NCBI GenBank assembly: GCA_964584805.1
Contig: CAZPAY010000003.1
Coordinates: forward strand, 1,889 to 65,888
Length of the DNA: 64,000 bases
Direction: 5' to 3'
From: an uncultured Planctomycetales bacterium
Lineage (GTDB): Bacteria > Planctomycetota > UBA1135
The translations under genes were made by a program, and so were the position numbers. The notes under the pieces were generated by a model, which was given only the letters and a program-made list of their open reading frames with translations, made no database searches and was not told the origin of the DNA. Shown here one piece after another: positions 48,481-58,944 of the stretch. Position 1 is the first letter of the stretch; each line of letters starts with the position of its first letter.

Positions 48481-50620
48481 GAAAAGCGTCAATCGAACGC
48501 TCGCGGCCCAAGAAAGCACGGACGGCCTCCGCCGCTGGCTTTGTACCGCCCACAGCATAAATCTCATCGCGTAGGCGGCGGCCTACGCCTTTATCCAGGA
48601 AACGATCTGGCGCTTGTTCGAAAACAGTAGCCATATCTGCAGCGATTGCATCAGCCCAAGCATAGCCGTAGTAACCCGCGTCATAGCCCGTTAGGTGACC
48701 AAATGTGGCCGCAAAGTTAGTGCCTTCAGGGACGGCAAACAGGGCCTTGGCGTTGACTTCGTTGCAAAGCGCGCCTGCGTCTTGCACGGGGCCGTTGTGC
48801 ATCTGCAAATCGGCGAGAGCTAAGCCAATTTGGCGGCGGTAATGAATACCCTTTGTCGCGAGATTCGCAGCCTTCATTGCTTTGAGCGTTTCTTCAGGAA
48901 TGGAGTTCTCGGTGTTCCGCCAATCGTACGCAAAGCGCTTCAAAATGACTGGGTCCCATGCCCAAGCCTCAAACATTTGTGAGGGCGCCTCAACAAAATC
49001 ACGGGCGACATTCGCGCCGGACAGAGATGAAAAATTGGCACGAGTCAAAATCGAGTGCATGGCATGACCGAACTCATGGAAAATCGTTTCGACTTCACCA
49101 TGATTCATTAAGGCGGGCTCGCCATCTAGGCCAGGCGTAAAGTTGCAAACCAAAGAAACAACTGGGCGTTGGTAACAACCACTTTGATGACGCTTCCCTG
49201 AAACAATATCAAACTGAGCAAAATGATTGTACTTGCCTTCACGGGGGAACAAATCGAGATAAAAAGCACCCAGCGGCTCACGCGTTTGAGTATCTTGCAC
49301 AATGAACAAACGCAGGTCATCAATCCATTTATAGCCTGGCTCAATCTCAACAAACTCAAGCCCAAAAATGTGCTCATAAACCCCGAACATGCCATCAAGA
49401 ACCTTTTCAAGAGGGAAGTAATTGCGAAGCTCACTGCTGTCTACGCCGTATTTTTCGCGCAGCAACTTATTTTGGTAATAGCGGAAGTCCCACCAATTAA
49501 TTTGAGCCGCGTCGTCACCCGTCTCAACGACTTTCAACTGACGCAACCGCTCGACCTCGGCATCAAACTTAGGCTGCAAACCATCACTTAAACGCTCCAT
49601 AAAGGCAATCGCTGTTTTGGCGTCGCCAGCCATTTTTGGTTCAATTTTGTAATCTGCCCAAGTTGCATAACCCAGCTTCTGCGCAATAGCATGACGGACG
49701 GCAACCATTTCATTCAGGATGGAACCATTTTCGTCCTTCAAAACAGAGTATCGCGCATGATTGATTTTCTTTCGTGTTTCTGCGACAGAACAATTTTGAA
49801 TTACAGCCATATAATCCGGTGTGACGGTTACACGCACACGATACATTCCATCACTCTGCTTGGCTGCCTGCATGAAACTATTCGGCACACCGGCAAGCTC
49901 TTCTTCTGGGAATAAAAGTGCGACTTGGGCATTCGTAATATTAGTATCGAATTGGGTTGCCAATGCATTCATTTCCTTTTTCAAAACCGCAACTTCTGCA
50001 CGCAGTTCTGCGGTCATGCCTGGGGCGAAACCATTGCTGCGATAATCACGCATCATGTCAGAATGATATTGCGCGTCTTCTCCTTTAAGAATCGGCACTT
50101 CCCCGCCCTTCAGCCTTTCCGTGTAAATGCTCGCCGCGCGATAAAGGCCGGGATCTGTACTCACATCGACAAGCCAGGCTTCCATTCGAGTCACTTGCTC
50201 GGTGCAGGCTTGACGCATGACGGCATCTTGCTGCGTCTCTTTCATGAGATAGATTCTGTTCATCACCGTCGTCAATGGGTAAAGGCCATCGTCAACAGCG
50301 GCAATTGCCGAAGCAAATGTAATCTCTCTGCGAGCGGCCTTGTCTTTTGAGGCTGCTTCAGCCAACTTGCCAATTCGCCTCACAGCTGTTTGAGCATCAA
50401 ACAAAACGCGGTCGACCGTTGCAGCGACCTCAGCTGGAGTACGCTCAAAACGAGGCAACTCAAGTAAGCAACCGTGCGCAGCGGAATCGGCACGGAAGTC
50501 GGCCAATCGCCCAAGGGTTGCCGCGGGCTCTACATCTTGAACCGGCGCGCTGGCGCAGGCAAAGAGAAACAGATTCGCGAAAAGGGAAGAAAGGAAAATG
50601 GGGAGGCTCAGTCGCTTCAT
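48461..50620 (-). CDS. M3-family oligopeptidase (thimet oligopeptidase / Dcp-like), exported
   Basis: The HEFGHAMH zinc motif, an N-terminal signal/lipobox-like LFLFACAS; 719 aa. Confidence 0.88.
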   Translation of the reverse strand: MKRLSLPIFLSSLFANLFLFACASAPVQDVEPAATLGRLADFRADSAAHGCLLELPRFERTPAEVAATVDRVLFDAQTAVRRIGKLAEAASKDKAARREITFASAIAAVDDGLYPLTTVMNRIYLMKETQQDAVMRQACTEQVTRMEAWLVDVSTDPGLYRAASIYTERLKGGEVPILKGEDAQYHSDMMRDYRSNGFAPGMTAELRAEVAVLKKEMNALATQFDTNITNAQVALLFPEEELAGVPNSFMQAAKQSDGMYRVRVTVTPDYMAVIQNCSVAETRKKINHARYSVLKDENGSILNEMVAVRHAIAQKLGYATWADYKIEPKMAGDAKTAIAFMERLSDGLQPKFDAEVERLRQLKVVETGDDAAQINWWDFRYYQNKLLREKYGVDSSELRNYFPLEKVLDGMFGVYEHIFGLEFVEIEPGYKWIDDLRLFIVQDTQTREPLGAFYLDLFPREGKYNHFAQFDIVSGKRHQSGCYQRPVVSLVCNFTPGLDGEPALMNHGEVETIFHEFGHAMHSILTRANFSSLSGANVARDFVEAPSQMFEAWAWDPVILKRFAYDWRNTENSIPEETLKAMKAANLATKGIHYRRQIGLALADLQMHNGPVQDAGALCNEVNAKALFAVPEGTNFAATFGHLTGYDAGYYGYAWADAIAADMATVFEQAPDRFLDKGVGRRLRDEIYAVGGTKPAAEAVRAFLGRERSIDAFLKTIGL

Positions 50621-50630
50621 GCCGCAAATC

Positions 50631-51776
50631 TTACGGCTGTTTGCAATCTAAACGCTCAAGGCCTTTGCTTTTCTTCACCACAGCTTCTGCACTCTGAGCC
50701 GCCGAGCGATTGGGGTAAGGCCCGTAAGTCACCGCCAGCTTCCAGGGCCGCCTCGCCCGTGTTGCCTTCGCGCCGCCCGGTCGAGCGCCATTGTGCTGAG
50801 CCAATCTCTGCTCAACATCAAGGGCGATACCCACATAAGTAAAGGGCCTTTCCGAAGATTCAGACAGCAAGACATAAACCCACCACTCTTGTGCATCGGG
50901 CTCAAACTTCCCGGTACTCAAGAAATACGGAACAGCCTCAAGCACCTTTGGCTCATTCATCACAAAAGTGTGCAAGCTGTTTACCACCATAAAATCGCTC
51001 ATTCCGGGTAATCGCGTTTCCGCAAGACGGACAATTCCATCATCTTCACCGTCAAGCATGGGATTCCAGCCGTCACCTTGCTGATCGCCGCGAATCCCCG
51101 CAATAACGCCAAAGGGCCGTCGAGGAAGCGGAATCACTGCCGCTTGCTCAGGCGGTAACTCCTGAGCAGACGGGCCGAGCAAGAAACGAAACCAAAACTG
51201 ATGCTGCAAGGCCTCAGCAAGTGACGCGCCTGTCGAGGGCGGCGCAAGCATAACAAGCCTCTTGACTTGAAAACGGCCACGCCAGCGTTTCTCAAGTAAA
51301 TCACCATCAAGCAAACTACGCACAACCAGGCCGCCCAAGCTATGTGTAACGAAAGAAAGAGCGTGCGTATTGCTTAATTCAAACCCCAGCTTTGCCAGCA
51401 AAGCGTCGACGCCGTCCGCATGAGCTGAAACGGATGCCCGTGTGCTCGGATAGCCCACATCAATGGGCGTAAACCCATTCAGAATAAGTGCTTGCTTTAA
51501 TTTGCAGAACGACTGCCGTGAGCGGCCCAAGCCATGAAGCAAAACGACAAAATGCGCGTCAGCTGGGATCCGCTTGGGCCAATCTGCACCCAATTCCTGC
51601 AATAAAGTGGCCTCGCAGTGCTCCAGATTGCCAAATGCTCGGCGCCTATCGCTGTCGTCAAGCAAGCGAAAATGGCCTGTCCAGCAGTGGCGCTGAATAC
51701 GCCAGCCCATGGCCCAGCGGACATCCGCCCAAAATTGGCGGCCGCCTAAGGTGGGTAGGCCCGTGTCTTGCTGCAT
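50631..51776 (-). CDS. fusion protein: alpha/beta-hydrolase (lipase-like GxSxG) + C-terminal GIY-YIG domain
   Basis: VVLLHGLGRS and the THSLGG nucleophile elbow in the N-terminal ~290 aa. The C-terminal ~85 aa (WWVYVLLSESSERPFTYVGIALDVEQRLAQHNG...AKATRARRPWKL) match the GIY-YIG pattern. Confidence 0.7.
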   Translation of the reverse strand: MQQDTGLPTLGGRQFWADVRWAMGWRIQRHCWTGHFRLLDDSDRRRAFGNLEHCEATLLQELGADWPKRIPADAHFVVLLHGLGRSRQSFCKLKQALILNGFTPIDVGYPSTRASVSAHADGVDALLAKLGFELSNTHALSFVTHSLGGLVVRSLLDGDLLEKRWRGRFQVKRLVMLAPPSTGASLAEALQHQFWFRFLLGPSAQELPPEQAAVIPLPRRPFGVIAGIRGDQQGDGWNPMLDGEDDGIVRLAETRLPGMSDFMVVNSLHTFVMNEPKVLEAVPYFLSTGKFEPDAQEWWVYVLLSESSERPFTYVGIALDVEQRLAQHNGARPGGAKATRARRPWKLAVTYGPYPNRSAAQSAEAVVKKSKGLERLDCKQP

Positions 51777-51892
51777 AAGCGCAATATAGGCGGGCTACCT
51801 CTAGCGTTGCTAGGATGTTTTGATTCCACCACTTTCCGTTTGTTTTGACGGTAGCCCCTTTCTAAAGTTAGGAAAGCAACCAAAGACCAAAG

Positions 51893-54800
51893 GTGCCCCC
51901 CATGATTGCCGCTCTTCTTACATTCAGCCTTAGCCTCCCCCTCCTCAACGCAATTCCTGCGCCCGCCGCCGGCATCTTCCAACAAGATGCCGGTGACCCG
52001 TCGCCCGAAGTCATTGCTCTCCGCGTCGCTCGCAATGCCGTCGCGATGGGCAAGCCCGATCTTGCCATCGAGCGCTATGAGGAATTACTTGCCAAGTTCC
52101 CTGACTCTGTCGACGCCAAAGCAGAATATGCTGGTGTTCTTACGAGCCAGAAAAAATTTCGCAGCGCCAAGAAGATTCTCGAAGGGCTCATTCATGAATA
52201 CCCTGAATCGCCTCGCTTCCGCCTCTCGCTGACTGATATTTTTCTGCAGTTGCACGAGTTTGACAAGGCGTCCGAGCAACTCAACTTCATTCTTGCGGCC
52301 AATCCTGGCAATGTTGACGCGGCAATTAAGCTCGCGCGAATCCATGCTTGGGCAAAAGATTTTGATGCAGCCGCCGAGGTCTATCGCACTTACTTACGCA
52401 AACTCGACCCTGGCGACCCTCAGGTGCAAGCCATGCTCGCACCACTTTTGCTTGACACAGAAAGACCTGCCGAAGCCCTCCCGCTCCTGCAAGGCTTAGT
52501 CGACAATGACCCCGAAAACATCTCCCTCCTTGCTGACTTAGCGCGCGCGCAGACCATGTTGGGCAATCACCGCGAGGCCAATGCTATTGTGAGTGATCTC
52601 CAGGGGCTCGACCAAAGCAATGCCGGCACGCGCATTGCGCTTTCGGATTTCTTGCGCAACTCGGGCAACTTCCGCGGCGCAATTGAATTGCTTGATCAAG
52701 TCCTGGCATATGACAGTGCCGATCTCGATGCGAAGTACGCGAGTGCTCGTTTGCACCTTGACGCGTACATGCCTCATAAGGCTTTGCGTATTTTAAGCGA
52801 CAAGGCCTTCGACAAAAATTCTATCGAGTACCTCGGTGTCCTAGCGAGCCACCACACGCTGCTCGGTGAATATGCACATGCTCGTGAGGTCTACCGCAAA
52901 ATCCTGAGCATCGACGAGCAAAACAATGAAGCACGCCTCAGCATGGGGCGACTGCTTGCCGAGTCAGGCCAGGCCCAAGCTGCAAAAGCTGAATATCGCA
53001 AAGTGAGCGCTTCCTCCAGCGCGGGTCGTCAAGCCGCTCTAGGGATTGCGCAAACACTTGCCACAGAGCACCGATATGACGACTCCAACGCACACTGCCG
53101 CCGCTTGATGAGCGACGAAACCGACCATCGCCCTATTGTCATGTACATCAAAAACCTGCTCGCCGTGGGTGAAACCAACGAGGCGGAGACGATGGCCATG
53201 CGCTACCTTAGCGAGCAAAGCAGCGACACTTACGGCTCGCTCATGGTTCGCACCGCATTGGCGGATGCGCTCCTTGCAGATGGCCAGGCTCTTCGCGCTC
53301 AAAACCTTTATGAAGAGGTCTTGAGCGACCCCATTGGCTCTTTGATTCCTGAAGCGATTTTCGGCCGCGCAATGTCTATCATGCGCTTATCAGAGAATAG
53401 TGGTGCAGAAAACGCCATGCTCAACGCAAGCATTTCTGGCATGGGTGGCGACTTCCGCTTGCTCATACGCCTCGGCGAAATCGCCTCGGCCAACAGCCAA
53501 TACTTACTCGCGGCAGCCATGTTTGAGCAAGTCCTGAGCTGGGATTCGGGCAACCTGCCTGCTTTGATTCGACACGCAGAAGCCTTGGCATCTGAGCGCG
53601 ACAGCGTCTTGGCGATGCAATCCCAAACTGAATTCGAGAAAGTCTTGCGCCAGGCTGGCTCAAGCATTCGCGCACGCATGGGCCTTGCCCGTACATTTGG
53701 TGCACTGCAACAATTCGACGAGTCAATCAAGCAATACGACCTTGTGTTGCAACATGACCCCAGCTATGTCGTTGCCCTTCGCGAAAAAGCCCGGGTTTAT
53801 TCTTGGGCCCAGAAAAATGATGAGGCCGAAAGAATCTACTGGGAGTTACAACACCCCGGCCCTCGCACGGAACTTCCTGGAGTGACTAACCTTGAGCACG
53901 CGCAGCTCGATAATGCCGCACGCTCTGAAGTGGAAGCCTCAACAAAACTTGAGCAGCGCGCCAAAGCTTTTGGCGGCGACTTGGCTTTTTACAGTGCCAT
54001 CCCTGTCTTGCGTAGCTTGGTCAACGCCGAGCCGGGCAACCTCGAAGCACGCTTTGATTTGGGCCTTGCCTACAGTCAAACCGGCCAGACCAGCCTAGCT
54101 ATCGCCGAGTTTGAAAAACTTCTCAAGCTTAGCCCCAAGCATAGAGAGGCGCTGATTGCTCTCAACGGTAATTTCCAAGAGCGCAAACCGCGCTTCTACG
54201 CCGAGCTCGACATGCTCAGCCGCAAGTCAAAAGGCACAACGATTGGCAGTGGTGCTGGCCTTGACATCCGTGGCCTTACCTTTGGCACGACGGTCCCCTG
54301 GGGTGAACGCGATGAGTTCGTGGATGTTTCCTATACGAATTACGATTTAACCCCCACAGGTAAAGGCATCAGCGGCGGCTTCACTGGCAATGTTCTGAGT
54401 GTTGGCGCTCAAAAGTCCCCCGCATCTTCGCTTGGGCAGTGGAAACAAATGCTCTTCCATGGGCAGCTCAATCTTGAGAGCTATGTTGACGAACTCGACA
54501 CCAATGTCACCTGGGATGCCGGCCTAAAAGCTGCAATTTCAGACAAATCCGATTTGTTTGCTCGTGCATTCCAAGAAAATGTCATCGAGAACCAAAACTC
54601 GCTGATGACAGGCGCCGATCACCAGTCAGTCGTTACCACTTGGGAGACAGAAACTGGTCGCACCACAACAGCCACAGGCCCCGTCTCACGCACAGGCATC
54701 CAAGCGGGCCTTTCCTTCCGCCCTACGCGCGAGATTTCCTTCAACGGCAGCATCACCAGTGCAAGTTACAGCGATGGCAATGCCCTCACTCAAATCTATG

Positions 54801-55195
54801 CCACAGGTGATTTGGCGCTAACCAAAGCCCCTCAACAGTTCAAAGTTGGGCTCATCTTCCACAGCATGGATTTCGACGAAGTCACCCGGGATGATTATCT
54901 CAATGAGATGGGCCCGGTTCGCTATTTCGCTCCAAACGGCTACAGCATGTATGGCGCCGCTGCAAAATACCGCCAATGGCTCAGCCAAGACATGTTTCCG
55001 GGCGCGCCACAGACTTGGTATCAAGCAAGCCTCACGCAACTTTGGGATTCCGAAGGCGAGCCTTTCTCTAACATGAAAATAGAGTTCCACCACGATCTCA
55101 AAGCGGGCAGCGGCATCAATCTTCGTGCCGATATGCTTGATTCAGCGTTCTACGACAGCACGCAATTTGTGTTTGCGTTTAGCACGACCTTTTAG
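51893..55195 (+). CDS. TPR-repeat protein with C-terminal beta-barrel-like domain (BcsC/PgaA-type exopolysaccharide exporter candidate)
   Basis: A signal peptide, about 750 aa of TPR-like helical repeats, then about 340 aa of alternating-pattern beta-rich sequence ending ...FVFAFSTTF (terminal Phe, an OMP signature). The start is the GTG at 51893 or the ATG at 51902. Confidence 0.65.
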   Translation: MPPMIAALLTFSLSLPLLNAIPAPAAGIFQQDAGDPSPEVIALRVARNAVAMGKPDLAIERYEELLAKFPDSVDAKAEYAGVLTSQKKFRSAKKILEGLIHEYPESPRFRLSLTDIFLQLHEFDKASEQLNFILAANPGNVDAAIKLARIHAWAKDFDAAAEVYRTYLRKLDPGDPQVQAMLAPLLLDTERPAEALPLLQGLVDNDPENISLLADLARAQTMLGNHREANAIVSDLQGLDQSNAGTRIALSDFLRNSGNFRGAIELLDQVLAYDSADLDAKYASARLHLDAYMPHKALRILSDKAFDKNSIEYLGVLASHHTLLGEYAHAREVYRKILSIDEQNNEARLSMGRLLAESGQAQAAKAEYRKVSASSSAGRQAALGIAQTLATEHRYDDSNAHCRRLMSDETDHRPIVMYIKNLLAVGETNEAETMAMRYLSEQSSDTYGSLMVRTALADALLADGQALRAQNLYEEVLSDPIGSLIPEAIFGRAMSIMRLSENSGAENAMLNASISGMGGDFRLLIRLGEIASANSQYLLAAAMFEQVLSWDSGNLPALIRHAEALASERDSVLAMQSQTEFEKVLRQAGSSIRARMGLARTFGALQQFDESIKQYDLVLQHDPSYVVALREKARVYSWAQKNDEAERIYWELQHPGPRTELPGVTNLEHAQLDNAARSEVEASTKLEQRAKAFGGDLAFYSAIPVLRSLVNAEPGNLEARFDLGLAYSQTGQTSLAIAEFEKLLKLSPKHREALIALNGNFQERKPRFYAELDMLSRKSKGTTIGSGAGLDIRGLTFGTTVPWGERDEFVDVSYTNYDLTPTGKGISGGFTGNVLSVGAQKSPASSLGQWKQMLFHGQLNLESYVDELDTNVTWDAGLKAAISDKSDLFARAFQENVIENQNSLMTGADHQSVVTTWETETGRTTTATGPVSRTGIQAGLSFRPTREISFNGSITSASYSDGNALTQIYATGDLALTKAPQQFKVGLIFHSMDFDEVTRDDYLNEMGPVRYFAPNGYSMYGAAAKYRQWLSQDMFPGAPQTWYQASLTQLWDSEGEPFSNMKIEFHHDLKAGSGINLRADMLDSAFYDSTQFVFAFSTTF

Positions 55196-55228
55196 AAGTA
55201 CGATAAACCAACCAGTCTAGCCGGTCGC

Positions 55229-58200
55229 TCAATCTAACAACATTTGATAGTGGCGATCGGCCTCTTCGTACTTACCCATATCTGACAACAAGTCAGCGAG
55301 CTGCATACGAGAGCCACGGCGGGCTGGATCAAGTTTCAAGGCCTCGGTCAAAAGCACCATGGCTTTTTTCTTTTCGCCTATGTTTTGCATAACCGAACCA
55401 AGCAGAGCAGAAAATGATGCGTCTTGATAGTTTTGGCGCTTTGCTTCCTCTTCGATGTGAGTGACCGTCGCACGCTGCTCACGGCTGAGGTTTGACATAC
55501 CGACAGCAGCACTCAAGTAGCCCATCCAGTAAGAGCGGTGCATGATGTCGCCGTCGACCAACTCTTGATACTTCAGCAAAGCCAAAGCGTAGTTGCCGTC
55601 CCAGAGAGCGAGCTCGGCTTGACGGGCATCCATCTGACCGTCTTCAGGGTAAGTTAGTGCAATTTGCTCATAAACTTCGGCCGCTTCTTTGTAGCGCCTC
55701 TGCCAGGTCAACACCTGTGCCAGCAAATGCATTGCATCTTCGTGTTCTGGCTCAAGCTCAAGAGTAATGCGGCATTCCGTCTCTGCTGAGGCAAAATCTT
55801 CCCGTGAGTTATGAATCGAAGCCAAAAGCATGTGCATACCTGGGCTCGATTCGCTGGCTTGGTAAATCGCAATAGCCTCGTCGAGATGGCCACCCGCCAA
55901 AAGTGCAGCGGCGTGCTCGTCAAGGATGACATCGTCTTGGTAGCCGGCATCTTTTAGTTTGGCAAAGTAGGCCAAACTTTCTTCGACACGACCTGCGTTA
56001 AAGTAATTGCGTGCGCCAGAGAGCAGCACATTACGCCGCGGCACGACTTCGTTAACCAAGTCTTTATCCAACTCGCCTAAGACAAACTGGAAGGTGTCAT
56101 CGGCCTCGTCAACTCGCTGGAATGCAGCGTGTGAATTACCGAGGGCAAAAATCAAGCCTAAGTTGTCAGGCTCTATTTCAAGCATCCGGCGAATTAGATC
56201 TTCAACTTCTTGGCGACGCCCTTCGCGCAGCAAAATATCAGACAGCATATCGAGCTGCTTCATTTTGGGGTCACCCGAAAGTGCACCCTCGTAAATTTCC
56301 TCCACGCGTACCAAATCAGCGCGTGAAAGAACGATGTCTTCGCTTGCCGACAACAAGAAAATGTCGTCCGTATTTACGGTGCGGAATAGAACCAGGCCAC
56401 CAGGGATCAACACCATCGCAGACAAAAGGCCGACTGCAACCGGCTGAAAGATTGGCGTCTTCTGCTCTTGGTTGCGTGCAATCAGTGCATTTTCGATTCG
56501 CTTTTCTTCGATAGGCGAAAGCAAATCGTAAAGCATGCCGCGGCCTTGATCGACGAATGAGATGTACTCAAGCACATACTCGTACAGCTTCAATGAGCCG
56601 AACTCTTTCTCAGACGAACGCAAGATTTTTACCTGCCCTTCGACTCGACCCAAAGGCGACGGCATTACGAATGGGTATTGCGCGCCATCTTCAAGTTGCT
56701 GAGGCAACAAAACGCGTAATGCCTTTCGGCTAATGTCTTCAGTAACCGTTCGGACAGATGGGCCAGGCTCGCCTTCAACTTGACTCGGCAGGACCAATTC
56801 AACGGGTAGGCGGTAGCGTTTGCGCTCTTCAAGGCGACGCTTCCATGTTAAAAGATGCGCCACGCGGTGAGCCAGCTTGCGCATCTTCGAGCGTCGGGAA
56901 CTGAACCATTGGTAGGTCATTGGAACCGCGTAGTTCAAGGCCAAGCTTGAGAGGGCATCAGCCGTTTCTGGCGTGAGCTCCAGAAACTCAATGCCATAAC
57001 GATAAGTGCCTTTCTTGGCAGTGTCACGTTGTGAGCTTTCTTCACCAATCGCCAACTCCTTTGGAGCTGCAGCGTCACTATGGCGAATAGCGCCGCGCAA
57101 TCGATAGCGCTTGCCGTCTGCCGACAAGAACAGATCACCTTCAGAGTCAATCGGTAACGGCTCGTAGGTAATCAGCCCGATGCCGTATTCACTAAAGTCA
57201 CTTGACATACCCATGCCAGTAATCGTCCCGTGCTCTTGATCATCAAAAGTGAATTCAACGGGCAAGACCGCCTTGTGACGATACGAGAATCGCTTGGTTT
57301 CTTGAGCGAGTGAACGACGCAATACCATCCATGCCAGAACGATGTGATAGAGCACGAGAGGTGCGGCAATCGCTGGGCCAATGAAATCGTAAGTCGTATG
57401 AAAAATCATACGGAAGCTTGCCCAGGCAAGTGCGACAATGCCGAATCCAATCACCCAGATTTGCGGCATAATGTACTTCAACAAAGTTGAGCCAGCCTGA
57501 CGGCCACCACGCTTACTGGTCACGACAAACTTAGATTCTTTGCGCTTAAAGATGCCACGCATACAGCCTTTAATGCTCGTCCAGAAGGTCATCATGGCAA
57601 ACAACTCCATATTGAACAGAGCCGCGTTCTTTCCACTCACAAGGCGCATGGCCAAGTGCGTAATGAAAAGATAACTCAATAGCATCGCGATAATCCAGAC
57701 CTTGATTTCGGTGAATGGCGCGACGCCAGTCAACAGAAGCAGGATTGGTGTTGCGTAAACGGCGAGGCGTGTGAAACCGGAGAACCAATGAAAAATGGAC
57801 GCCCAATAGGAAATGCGTTGCGTCAAGCTCAGACCCCGCATCGTGAGCGGGTTGTCATGGAACAAGATCGACACATTTCCCTCACCCCAACGCAAGCGTT
57901 GAGTGTGGAATGTTGTTACATCGGGCGCGGCTTGGCCAGCGATGAGTCGCTCGGTGACGGAAATTGACTTCCACCCCTTAGCGGCCATACGCAGACCGGT
58001 GTGCATGTCTTCGGTAATCGTCTCAACCGCAAACAAGCCCACATCATCGAGTGCTGTGCGACGGAACATCGCAGCTGAACCCGCAAAGACCACCGCATTC
58101 CAGCGGTTTTTACCGGGCTGGAGGTTGTGATAGAAGAGAAGACCTTCCTCCCAATACTGCTGCTTGTCGTAATCGCAAGCGGCTTGGAAGTTTTCAAAGT

Positions 58201-58777
58201 TGTAAAAATCGTGCGGGCTTTGGACGAAACCTACTTTGGGGTCTCGGAAGTAGCCCAGCAACCGCGTAATCATATGCTTCACTGGCACATGGTCTGCGTC
58301 GAGCACAATGACATATTCGCCATCAAGTTGCTCAAGGGCATTATTCATATTGCCCGCTTTAGCGTGCTGATTGTCATCACGCTTGATGTACATCGCGCCT
58401 AACTCATCGGCGAGTTCAGCAACTTCAGGTCGCCGACCGTCGTCTAAGACAACGGTGCGGTGTGGGTAATCCATTGCAAGCGCCGCCTGGACGGTACCGC
58501 GCAAAAGCAAAACATCTTCGTTATAGGTCGGAATCAGGACATCAACTGTTAAGCCTTCTTCTGGCTCAAGCTGATCAGGCTCTGCAACATCCCATACATT
58601 AAAGAAGTAGAGGATCATCTGGAAGCCTCCCAGAATCTCAGCCGAATAGAGCAGCCAAGAAGCAAATGTCGAATAAACCGACTCGAGATTTAGAGTGAAA
58701 ATGCCACGAAAAACAAGATACACGATGGTCATTCCCATCGCGAGTATCATCAGCAGCTTTCGGAGGCTATTTGGCAT
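55229..58777 (-). CDS. cellulose-synthase-like family 2 glycosyltransferase with two PilZ domains and C-terminal TPR domain
   Basis: HAKAGNMNNAL, VLDADHV, GSAAMFRR, TEDMHTGLRM and QRLRWGEG (QxxRW). PilZ motifs are RFSYR...DFSEYG and RKRYR...DISRKA. A late TM helix (VAVGLLSAMVLIPGGLVLF) is followed by about 350 aa of TPR. Confidence 0.85.
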   Translation of the reverse strand: MPNSLRKLLMILAMGMTIVYLVFRGIFTLNLESVYSTFASWLLYSAEILGGFQMILYFFNVWDVAEPDQLEPEEGLTVDVLIPTYNEDVLLLRGTVQAALAMDYPHRTVVLDDGRRPEVAELADELGAMYIKRDDNQHAKAGNMNNALEQLDGEYVIVLDADHVPVKHMITRLLGYFRDPKVGFVQSPHDFYNFENFQAACDYDKQQYWEEGLLFYHNLQPGKNRWNAVVFAGSAAMFRRTALDDVGLFAVETITEDMHTGLRMAAKGWKSISVTERLIAGQAAPDVTTFHTQRLRWGEGNVSILFHDNPLTMRGLSLTQRISYWASIFHWFSGFTRLAVYATPILLLLTGVAPFTEIKVWIIAMLLSYLFITHLAMRLVSGKNAALFNMELFAMMTFWTSIKGCMRGIFKRKESKFVVTSKRGGRQAGSTLLKYIMPQIWVIGFGIVALAWASFRMIFHTTYDFIGPAIAAPLVLYHIVLAWMVLRRSLAQETKRFSYRHKAVLPVEFTFDDQEHGTITGMGMSSDFSEYGIGLITYEPLPIDSEGDLFLSADGKRYRLRGAIRHSDAAAPKELAIGEESSQRDTAKKGTYRYGIEFLELTPETADALSSLALNYAVPMTYQWFSSRRSKMRKLAHRVAHLLTWKRRLEERKRYRLPVELVLPSQVEGEPGPSVRTVTEDISRKALRVLLPQQLEDGAQYPFVMPSPLGRVEGQVKILRSSEKEFGSLKLYEYVLEYISFVDQGRGMLYDLLSPIEEKRIENALIARNQEQKTPIFQPVAVGLLSAMVLIPGGLVLFRTVNTDDIFLLSASEDIVLSRADLVRVEEIYEGALSGDPKMKQLDMLSDILLREGRRQEVEDLIRRMLEIEPDNLGLIFALGNSHAAFQRVDEADDTFQFVLGELDKDLVNEVVPRRNVLLSGARNYFNAGRVEESLAYFAKLKDAGYQDDVILDEHAAALLAGGHLDEAIAIYQASESSPGMHMLLASIHNSREDFASAETECRITLELEPEHEDAMHLLAQVLTWQRRYKEAAEVYEQIALTYPEDGQMDARQAELALWDGNYALALLKYQELVDGDIMHRSYWMGYLSAAVGMSNLSREQRATVTHIEEEAKRQNYQDASFSALLGSVMQNIGEKKKAMVLLTEALKLDPARRGSRMQLADLLSDMGKYEEADRHYQMLLD

Positions 58778-58944
58778 TTCGAATTAACCCATCGGCTCCA
58801 TCTGCGCCAAACTTAAGGCGAAAGGAGGATTTGGGGGGAGGGGAGGTCGAGATGTGAAACAAAGCAAACACCAGAAATCATTTCCAGTTTCCTAGGATAG
58901 CACGGAAAGCGTCGTGCGGAAGGTTAATATGCGAGAAGTTGCAA

